Below the pieces are notes generated by a model. The model was not told the DNA's origin, did no database searches, and was given only the letters and a program-made list of their open reading frames with translations. A DNA stretch of 41,119 nucleotides from an uncultured Candidatus Poseidoniales archaeon (GTDB lineage: Archaea; Thermoplasmatota; Poseidoniia; Poseidoniales; Thalassarchaeaceae). The stretch is from contig CAYFGD010000001.1 in assembly GCA_964342715.1 (NCBI GenBank), positions 1 through 41,119 on the forward strand, written 5' to 3'. The first letter of the stretch is position 1. Each line of letters opens with the position of its first letter. Position numbers and translations under genes: made by a program. Positions 34,666 through 41,119 of this stretch are shown here, one piece after another.

Positions 34666-35952
34666 ATGTCGCCCCGGTACATGGCATTCCGCGATATGCT
34701 TGAGGGAGTCCATCGCATAGACGATGATGTAAGTGTAAACTACGATATGATGGACACATCCGTTTCAATGGGGAATATCCCCTTGGTATTCAACAACATT
34801 TCTGAGTCACCCGGGCATCGTGCTGCGCTAAACGTCCTAGAACGCTCCAGATTATGTGAGATGTTTGATGTGAGCCCGGGGGAGCTTATTGATATCCTAG
34901 CTTGGGCTATGGAGAATCCCTCGGAGCCACAAATTGTTGGGTCATCCGAAGCTAAGGTTATGGAATCTGGACAGGATTCAGTTGACTTGGAGAGGATTCC
35001 AATACCTTGGCACTTCAGAGAGGATGGGGGGAGATATCAATCGGCCTCCATAATTATCGCCGAATATGGAGGAGTTAGGAATGTGTCCTTCCACAGGCAA
35101 CTATTACGGGACCCAAGCCATACAGTGGCTAGGCTAGTCCCAAGGCACCTCAGAACCCTCAGCACGATGGCAGCGGAAAAGGAAGAAGATGTCCAAATTG
35201 CAGTCGTCAACGGGGCTGATCCAACCGTCCTACTTGCAGCAGCTATGTCCTTCACTGATTACGTTGATGAAATGACCGTTGCTGCTGCATTGCACGAGAA
35301 ATTACATGGTAGCCCTCTCAGGGTAGTTCAGTTATCCAATGGGGTTATCGTTCCTGCGGATGCTGAATACGCTATGCAAGCAAGGATAACTCCTGAAAGA
35401 GACAATGAGGGGCCCTATGTTGACATCACTGGAACTGTCGATGATGTCCGGCAGGAGCATGTTATCGAATACGACGCAGTGCATCACAGGATCGATCCCA
35501 TCTTCCATGCCATAATCCCAACTGGTGTTGAACACAGAACACTAATGGGAATGCCTAGGGCTCCAACAATAAAAACTGCAGTTTCAGAAGTAGTGAAGTG
35601 CACCGATGTCCACATGACAGATGGGGGTTGCGGGTGGTTAGCTTCTGTGATTCAGATCATTCCCGAGAGCGATGAGGACGGCAAGAAGGCCATTCAAGCG
35701 GCCTTCGAGGGGCATCCCTCCATGAAACAGGTGATTGTAGTGGACGAGGATATCGACATTGCTGATCCGATGAGGGTGGAGTGGGCCTTAATGACGCGTT
35801 GGCAGCCAGATTCTGACACCATTATTCTATCTGACCAGAAAGGTTCTAGTTTGGATCCTAGTAGATCAGAAAATGGAATGACTAGTAAGATAGGAATGGA
35901 TGCTACACTTGATCCGGATGAGGACAGGAGTCCATACGAGTCGGTTCTGTGA
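34666..35952 (+). CDS. UbiD-family (prenyl-FMN-dependent) decarboxylase; substrate unresolved
   Basis: ~430-aa protein with UbiD-like organisation (FRDMLE N-terminus, YQSASIIIAEYGG.RNVSFHR, PYVDITG, GMPRAPT, VVDEDIDI.DP..VEWA..TR). ATG is at 34666 or 34681. Confidence 0.8.
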   Translation: MSPRYMAFRDMLEGVHRIDDDVSVNYDMMDTSVSMGNIPLVFNNISESPGHRAALNVLERSRLCEMFDVSPGELIDILAWAMENPSEPQIVGSSEAKVMESGQDSVDLERIPIPWHFREDGGRYQSASIIIAEYGGVRNVSFHRQLLRDPSHTVARLVPRHLRTLSTMAAEKEEDVQIAVVNGADPTVLLAAAMSFTDYVDEMTVAAALHEKLHGSPLRVVQLSNGVIVPADAEYAMQARITPERDNEGPYVDITGTVDDVRQEHVIEYDAVHHRIDPIFHAIIPTGVEHRTLMGMPRAPTIKTAVSEVVKCTDVHMTDGGCGWLASVIQIIPESDEDGKKAIQAAFEGHPSMKQVIVVDEDIDIADPMRVEWALMTRWQPDSDTIILSDQKGSSLDPSRSENGMTSKIGMDATLDPDEDRSPYESVL

Positions 35953-36950
35953 GGTATCCAATGTCTACAGACACAATTGGCGATAAGCTACAGCATCCAA
36001 GAAGGAGTCTTGGGAACCGTCACAGAAGTCAGGCGGTAAAGTACCTGAAAATAATTAATGGGACCGAATCAGATTCAACAAATCTCGGCTGGGCTGAGCA
36101 GAATGCTCGACAGGCGGTACTGCACGATTTCACCCACCCAGAAAACTGGAGGGTCCTTCTAGAGGTCAAGTCCGTCTCTGGAGACCGGGGAGGCATTAGG
36201 GCGGTACTCGATGATATTTTTACGGTACTGGGAAGGGACCCTGAACTTCTCAACCAGCTTGACGATGTAGATATGCTTGAGTCTGGGAGTACTATACTAG
36301 AAGGGACATTAGCGGCCGACCCCCTTGACCCGGATGAGTGGTGGCAGACAGTGTCCGGTTCAAATGAGGAGGTCTCTGCCTTCATTAGCAGGGTCAAAAC
36401 ACTAGACCTGAGGGACAGGAGGGCAAATGTTCTATTCTCCAGGAGGATCGAAAGAGTTCGGGATAGCGGTGATGAGGATGGGTACTTATCACTAGCTAGG
36501 TTGATTCTAGCCCAGAGGCCCACGAATTTTGAGGCGTGGGCGGAATTGGGCAGGATGCATGAACGTAGAGGGGAATATAGAGATGCTTGGCTTTGCTACG
36601 ACCAGGCACAAACACAATTCCCTAAGATGGACGTACGTGATCAGTTCAAGGATAGAATGGAGGCCCTCCTTGATGGGGGAGAAAGCGAGCCTTGGATAAT
36701 TCCCGCGGTAAATGAGAGAATAGATTTCTTGAGGAAGATGGAATCCATGGCCACACCAGTACCCATGGGATCCGAGGAAGACAATCTGGAAGAAGAGGTT
36801 GAGAAGGAGCCACTGGAAGAGGTCAGGGATTTAATGGAGGATGGGAAGCTATCAGAAGCATTCTTTGTGGCGAGGCGTCTAGCGGCCGAAGGCCTTCCAG
36901 AGGCAATCGAGATAGCTGAAGAAATTAGGAGGGAAATTGGTAATGAGTGA
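35949..36950 (+). CDS. hypothetical helical/TPR-like protein
   Basis: 333 aa with a TPR-like segment NFEAWAELGRMHERRGEYRDAWLCYDQAQ and an acidic C-terminal region. GTG 35949 overlaps the UbiD stop (GTGA); ATG 35961 is an alternative. Confidence 0.55.
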   Translation: MRYPMSTDTIGDKLQHPRRSLGNRHRSQAVKYLKIINGTESDSTNLGWAEQNARQAVLHDFTHPENWRVLLEVKSVSGDRGGIRAVLDDIFTVLGRDPELLNQLDDVDMLESGSTILEGTLAADPLDPDEWWQTVSGSNEEVSAFISRVKTLDLRDRRANVLFSRRIERVRDSGDEDGYLSLARLILAQRPTNFEAWAELGRMHERRGEYRDAWLCYDQAQTQFPKMDVRDQFKDRMEALLDGGESEPWIIPAVNERIDFLRKMESMATPVPMGSEEDNLEEEVEKEPLEEVRDLMEDGKLSEAFFVARRLAAEGLPEAIEIAEEIRREIGNE

Positions 36951-37341
36951 GAAATTTGTAATTTCATGGGTTACATCGAAACATGGCGGAGAATTGAGTC
37001 CCTGGTTGATGGTCCTCCATGAAGAAAGGGGCTGGGAGTTTCCGGGTGGCTCTAAAGATGAAGAGGAGGGCTGGGATGTGGCTGCTCTGAGGGAACTCTA
37101 CGAAGAAACTGGGTTGCTTGGAACCGCCAAGGCCTATGATGAAAACCTAGTGGATGGAGGAGTAGTTGTTTGGATCGAGGTGGAAGACGAACCGGGGCCA
37201 GAGCCATGGCTATCTAGCGACCCAAGGATTGCAGAAGTAGGATGGTGTATTGAGGCCCCCAATTCGCTTGCATGGGACGCGTCAGAAGTAGAGGCGATTA
37301 GGAATCACGATTGGAGTGCTTCTGTGACGCTTTCATCCTGA
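36943..37341 (+). CDS. Nudix hydrolase
   Basis: Nudix box GGSKDEEEGWDVAALRELYEETGL. ATG 36943 overlaps the upstream stop by 8 nt (ATGAGTGA). Confidence 0.75.
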   Translation: MSEKFVISWVTSKHGGELSPWLMVLHEERGWEFPGGSKDEEEGWDVAALRELYEETGLLGTAKAYDENLVDGGVVVWIEVEDEPGPEPWLSSDPRIAEVGWCIEAPNSLAWDASEVEAIRNHDWSASVTLSS

Positions 37342-38057
37342 ATTTCCGAAATCCTTGATTTCATCTCGGATTTCCATTCAGGTTTCCCAACTATCTCCGA
37401 AGCATCAACAATTAGTCCCAAGTCCCCCCTGCTTAATCCGGAAAGGTCTGCCATAAGTACAGGCAAGAGATACTCGACGACATCAATAACGTCAGAGGTA
37501 TTGGCAGGAACCCATGTGTTTCCGGGACCTTCTCGGGGGGCTGCTGATTCGATCCTCTTCTCCATGTTTGGTGAATCTTCTGAGACCTCGTCCAGGGCAA
37601 TGTCCAGCCATTCTAGCGAGGATACCAATGCTTCAGTTGCCATTCCAGACTCTATGAATCCGCGTCGGGCAGACCAAAGATGCCTCATAGCTGGATCTAG
37701 ATCGGACATTCCAACCAGGATTCTCCCAATTTCGAGTCTGGATAGGGACCTGATATCTGTCGGATGTCCTGATCTGACGGATATATCTGAATGAACTGCC
37801 ATGGCCATCATCTGTTCGCCGTTATTTGAATGCCAAATCGCGAGATTTAGCAGAGCAAGTCCATGCAATGCGGATCCCGGGCATATGGCATTGAGTCTGT
37901 CAACGCACCATCTTAATTCTCCGCCAACCTCTTCCATTCCTATCGCGCCAATCAGGGCTCTCTCCATCCTAACTCTGGCCTCGATCAGGTGGCTCCTTTC
38001 TTCAGGGCTCCTCGATCTAGAGAGAATCTCTTCGGAAAGAAGTGTCGCCTGTTCCAT
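37305..38057 (-). CDS. hypothetical helical protein
   Basis: ~250 aa with no motif recognised. ATG 38057 was chosen; the ORF opens at TTG 38084. Its 3' end overlaps the Nudix gene by 37 nt (convergent). Confidence 0.5.
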   Translation of the reverse strand: MEQATLLSEEILSRSRSPEERSHLIEARVRMERALIGAIGMEEVGGELRWCVDRLNAICPGSALHGLALLNLAIWHSNNGEQMMAMAVHSDISVRSGHPTDIRSLSRLEIGRILVGMSDLDPAMRHLWSARRGFIESGMATEALVSSLEWLDIALDEVSEDSPNMEKRIESAAPREGPGNTWVPANTSDVIDVVEYLLPVLMADLSGLSRGDLGLIVDASEIVGKPEWKSEMKSRISEIQDESVTEALQS

Positions 38058-38141
38058 TTCGGATGATGAAATCAAGTTCAGCAATGTTGCGAGGCTCTCA
38101 TCCAGTGTTTCATTTTCGCTCTCGGAAGGAATGGGACCACC

Positions 38142-38465
38142 TCACTGTGACTCAAATGATTTGACCAATTCATCGTAATTTTCCCTAAGTTCGGACTCCC
38201 TCTCCGAGAGCCTATCCAAATGGGCCTGGAAAGAGTTCATGGAAGTCTCGATATCCGACTTCAGCGAATCCCTGTCACTGACTTCCAGAAGAAGGCTTCC
38301 TACGGCCCTATATACCAGCTTTTCTGGATCCTGTGATTCCAGTGACTCCAAGGTCATAGAAAGCTCGCTTATTTGGGAGTTCACAGTTTGGATCTGAGAC
38401 ATCACTGCCTGAAGCTCCTGAGCCACTAATTTCAGTGCCTCACCTGCGTCCTGCCCACCCTGCAT
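38142..38465 (-). CDS. pfdB: prefoldin beta subunit
   Basis: 107 aa with coiled coil, beta hairpin (LVYRAVGSLLLEV) and coiled coil. It occupies the canonical position downstream of the exosome/L37Ae superoperon. Confidence 0.8.
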   Translation of the reverse strand: MQGGQDAGEALKLVAQELQAVMSQIQTVNSQISELSMTLESLESQDPEKLVYRAVGSLLLEVSDRDSLKSDIETSMNSFQAHLDRLSERESELRENYDELVKSFESQ

Positions 38466-38469
38466 GTAC

Positions 38470-38706
38470 TCACCTTGAGTCCCTAATCGCCTTCAATGCT
38501 TGCTCGGAGGCGAGTATGCTCCTGAGTAGCGAATTCCACCTCGCTCGGAGATCTGAGATACTCTTGGAGGAGAGTGTGAATTCCATAATATCTCCAGATA
38601 GGCTGAACTCAGACTCTGTGACCATTCCAGCGCAAATCGACTCTGCGTCTTGATGAGTGGCACGTAGGGTGATTGACGTCGTGTCACTCTTCCTCTGAGT
38701 CGTCAT
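38470..38706 (-). CDS. pcc1: KEOPS subunit Pcc1-like protein
   Basis: SITLRATHQDAESI...FTLSSKSISDLRARWNSLLRSILASEQALKAI matches the Pcc1 pattern (xLRAxxNSxLRxI). ATG is at 38706 or 38736; both overlap the L37Ae 3' end. Confidence 0.65.
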   Translation of the reverse strand: MTTQRKSDTTSITLRATHQDAESICAGMVTESEFSLSGDIMEFTLSSKSISDLRARWNSLLRSILASEQALKAIRDSR

Positions 38707-39052
38707 TGCTCTCGGCCTCCGCCATCTTGCGCTCATAATCCAGAGCTGCCTGCTGGGCGATAACCGTCATATCTGTGGCAGTGGCCCCTTCCATAGACCT
38801 TCGAATAACCCTGCTGTTAGCTTCGGACGCCCTGGTGAATGGCTCCCAAACACCTCCCGTGAATGTATGGCCACACTTCCTACACTCCCAGATACCTGCA
38901 GCCTTCCTCCTAACTTTTGGATACTGGCATGATGGACATGTATACTCCCTGGACTTCTTCCTAAGTGCGGAACCAGCCCTCCTCCTTACGCTAACTCCAT
39001 ACCTTGATCCGAAGCGTGCAGTAAGGCCTGCCTTCTGCGTTCTCTTTGCCAT
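38684..39052 (-). CDS. rpl37ae: 50S ribosomal protein L37Ae (eL43) with acidic C-terminal extension
   Basis: MAKRTQKAGLTARFGSRYG N-terminus and C4 zinc ribbon CPSC...CRKC. About 30 extra C-terminal residues end in SNDDSEEE. ATG 39052 was chosen. Confidence 0.85.
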   Translation of the reverse strand: MAKRTQKAGLTARFGSRYGVSVRRRAGSALRKKSREYTCPSCQYPKVRRKAAGIWECRKCGHTFTGGVWEPFTRASEANSRVIRRSMEGATATDMTVIAQQAALDYERKMAEAESNDDSEEE

Positions 39053-39060
39053 AATCGCAC

Positions 39061-39837
39061 CTAACCATTTACTATTTCTCGGAGTTCTGCGCACCTTGCC
39101 TTAGCGTGCTCCATTATCTCTTCGAATTCCTCTGCCGTGAAGATTCCCTTTAGACCCTTCTGGAGGGAATGGACGTGATCATCGTCCCCCAGAGTAATGT
39201 GGATTCTCTCATCTCCACCCAGTTCCTCTCGATAAGAGGCGTCGTAAACGAACCTTCCTCCAACCTTGTGATATGAACACATTATCGGCGTCTTGGAAAC
39301 CTTGAGTGGAGCGTCTTCTCCAATCTCGAATCTCTCAGCAGGGATGGTTGCACTCCTGAGAGCAGCGATACCTGCCAATGCGAATGCATCGAATAGGTTA
39401 CCGTCATCAGAGATCGCATGTAGATCTAGAATGACCTGCCATGCCTTCTCACCGGGAATGATGCAAAGTTCGTCGACGTCTATGCAACCAGATTCCCTAA
39501 TTCCTCTGTCAACTACCCTTCCGAGTTCGATTGATTGTGGGCTAGGAGGTCCAGCTTCCCAGTGGCGTCCTGCTATTGGCCTAACTTCGCACGAGCACAT
39601 AAGGCCTCCTTGGTTGGGCCTATCGGGGTATGGTGTCATGATCTGGAACTTTACTCCAGCCAAGACAATGGTATCGCCCATTGTAACCCTAGCAGAACCC
39701 TCTGCACGTGCTAGTACTCCAGTTTCAAGCTTGACCTCTCTGCCGTCCCACTGGCCTCTACCGTCCAATCTCGCGTCATTCAAAGCTAGATCTGCTAGAT
39801 GGGCCCTTAGGAGCTTTGGAACTAGTGGCACAGACAT
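39061..39837 (-). CDS. rrp42: exosome complex subunit Rrp42 (RNase PH-like, non-catalytic)
   Basis: RLDGRGQWDGREVKLETG and RNase PH domain architecture. ATG 39837 shares one base with the Rrp41 stop (TGATG). Confidence 0.85.
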   Translation of the reverse strand: MSVPLVPKLLRAHLADLALNDARLDGRGQWDGREVKLETGVLARAEGSARVTMGDTIVLAGVKFQIMTPYPDRPNQGGLMCSCEVRPIAGRHWEAGPPSPQSIELGRVVDRGIRESGCIDVDELCIIPGEKAWQVILDLHAISDDGNLFDAFALAGIAALRSATIPAERFEIGEDAPLKVSKTPIMCSYHKVGGRFVYDASYREELGGDERIHITLGDDDHVHSLQKGLKGIFTAEEFEEIMEHAKARCAELREIVNG

Positions 39838-40553
39838 CAGTTTCCACCTCCCTTCAAGGCCTCGACCATCAACTTGTGAACTTCCATAGCTGCATCCATG
39901 TTGTAGTCCCATGCCTGCTTGAACTCATCTGGGGACAGGTCCCCGTCCATCTGCAGGAATACCAGTTCGCCCGTGTTTGGAAGAATTCCCATTGGAAGAT
40001 CCGCCTCGCCGTAGTTATCCTCCTCCTTGTTCAGGTCACAGACCACGACATCGTTGATCTTGCCACTTGCAACGCTGACCACAAGATCGGTCATAGGTAT
40101 GCCAGCATCCGCCAGAGCGACTGAGGCAGCGGTCAATCCCACGCATCTGGTTCCAGCCTCGGCAGAAACTATCTCAATTCCGACTCTAATCTTTGAGCGC
40201 GGATAAAGCTCCAGGAGGACGACGCTCTCAAGGGCATCTGCGGTTACCTTGCTTATCTCCCTGCTGCGTCGGTTGAATCCTGGCCTTATCCTGTCCGTTG
40301 TAGAAAATGGTGCCATATTGTATGCGACATCAAGTACTGCTCTATCCTGCCTCTGGATCTTCCTTGGGTGAGCCTCCATTGGCCCATATACAGCGGCAAT
40401 GACCTCATTGGTGCCCCATGTCATCCTGCAGGAACCATCGGCTACTGGCACAACGCCCGTTTCGATAGTAATAGGCCGTACGTCGCCGGGCTTCCTACCG
40501 TCCATTCTAAGGCCATTCTCATCAATCATCTGTACGTCTCCGTATCCACCCAT
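39837..40553 (-). CDS. rrp41: exosome complex exonuclease Rrp41 (RNase PH)
   Basis: LRMDGRKPGDVRPITIETG and an RNase PH core. ATG 40553 shares one base with the Rrp4 stop (TGATG). Confidence 0.9.
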   Translation of the reverse strand: MGGYGDVQMIDENGLRMDGRKPGDVRPITIETGVVPVADGSCRMTWGTNEVIAAVYGPMEAHPRKIQRQDRAVLDVAYNMAPFSTTDRIRPGFNRRSREISKVTADALESVVLLELYPRSKIRVGIEIVSAEAGTRCVGLTAASVALADAGIPMTDLVVSVASGKINDVVVCDLNKEEDNYGEADLPMGILPNTGELVFLQMDGDLSPDEFKQAWDYNMDAAMEVHKLMVEALKGGGN

Positions 40554-41119
40554 CAATTAACACCTCCAACTTGTCTCGCCTCATGAGATAATTCCTTCAG
40601 TGAATTTCTCACTTTGAAAATTCCATCTAGGTCGCCGTCTATCCACAATCGGCCGTTCTCGGCTACTACTATCCGGCACTCAGACTCGAGTTTCAAGTCT
40701 CTGAGGAAATTTCCCCCCTTACCAATTAGTCTCCCTAGGAGGTGTGGGTCGACATCGTCGAGAGCGCCGGACTTAATTTTCCTGAGTCCGAGTCCTTTCA
40801 TTGTAACAACACTCTGATGGGTCTCTTCAACTTCTTGAACCCTGCAGAGAATAGAGTCTCCTATATCCAGTACCTTCCTGGTGCCTCCAAACTCAACCTT
40901 AGCTGGTCCTAGGCTCATTGGAAGTATGGAATTGAAGGGCGCCCCTATGTCAACGAACCAGATATTGTTCGTGCAACCTTCTATATGTCCAATAACCAAA
41001 TCTCCCGGTCTGGGCATGTATGTAGTGTGAAGTGGCTCCACTGAAACAGTGCTGCCCTTCGTATTCATTCGTCCTTGTTTCGTCGATTTGAGGCGGCCGT
41101 CGACAACTAGTACTCCGTG
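40553..41119 (-). CDS. rrp4: exosome complex RNA-binding subunit Rrp4 (S1 + KH), 5' end outside window
   Basis: S1 region YMPRPGDLVIGHIEG and KH GxxG (LIGKGGNFLRDL). I translated upstream of Met 41068 by hand (HGVLVVDGRLKSTKQGR-M...) and the frame stays open to the window edge, so the gene is truncated by the window. Confidence 0.85.
   Translation of the reverse strand, partial: HGVLVVDGRLKSTKQGRMNTKGSTVSVEPLHTTYMPRPGDLVIGHIEGCTNNIWFVDIGAPFNSILPMSLGPAKVEFGGTRKVLDIGDSILCRVQEVEETHQSVVTMKGLGLRKIKSGALDDVDPHLLGRLIGKGGNFLRDLKLESECRIVVAENGRLWIDGDLDGIFKVRNSLKELSHEARQVGGVN

Noticed and set aside
36029-36523. 164-aa minus-strand ORF antisense to the TPR-like gene
   Set aside because: It is very Ser-rich (about a quarter Ser by eye). 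The plus-strand ORF is longer, is coupled to its neighbours by start/stop overlaps, and has normal composition.
39293-39889. 198-aa plus-strand ORF antisense to Rrp42
   Set aside because: It is Ser/Pro-rich with no motifs, and the opposite strand encodes a clear RNase PH-domain protein in a conserved operon.
40553-41068. An apparently short (171-aa) Rrp4, which could suggest a truncated gene or pseudogene
   Set aside because: The reading frame upstream of Met 41068 stays open to the window edge and encodes Rrp4-like N-terminal-domain sequence. The gene is simply cut by the window.
1-41119. Search for CRISPR repeats, transposase/IS ends, toxin-antitoxin pairs and defence-island signatures
   Set aside because: By eye there are no regularly spaced direct repeats, no long terminal inverted repeats and no nuclease/helicase/methylase-type ORFs. 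Apart from 1444-1695 there is no compositional break. The window reads as streamlined core genome.

Overview
This is a very gene-dense chromosomal segment from an archaeon. The gene content includes PAN, the PriS primase, aEF-2, uS12/uS7, the exosome superoperon Rrp4-Rrp41-Rrp42-L37Ae-Pcc1-prefoldin beta, aMBF1, Tsr3, a split transketolase and isopentenyl phosphate kinase. Together with histidine catabolism genes and a FadA-type thiolase, this suggests a heterotrophic planktonic Thermoplasmatota-like lineage (MGII/Poseidoniales style). That placement is inference only, because no search was possible. The window holds about 45 CDS, one tRNA-Val(GAC), futalosine-pathway menaquinone genes (mqnD, mqnA, radical-SAM mqnE/C), isoprenoid genes (IPK, an IDI-GGPPS fusion, a UbiD-family decarboxylase), three aaRS-related genes (MetRS, ProRS, AlaX) and CoaBC. 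I found no CRISPR array, transposase, integrase or recognisable defence or toxin module, so this looks like core genome rather than an accessory island. The most unusual item is a 159-aa HEAT-repeat ORF (17653-18132). It looks like exactly one half of eukaryotic deoxyhypusine hydroxylase, including both His-Glu metal motifs, and is translationally abutted to mqnD. Other items worth a second look: (1) a 58-aa zinc-ribbon ORF below the ORF-track cut-off, preceded by an AT-rich island and three stacked perfect palindromes; (2) a type-1 IDI fused to GGPP synthase and coupled to IPK; (3) a UbiD-TPR-Nudix operon of ambiguous pathway assignment; (4) a polyproline/acidic repeat protein paired with a lysine-rich membrane protein; (5) an animal-style hut cluster. 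Many ORF-track starts are GTG/TTG and appear over-extended. I re-picked starts where homology and spacing argued for it, and all starts remain provisional.
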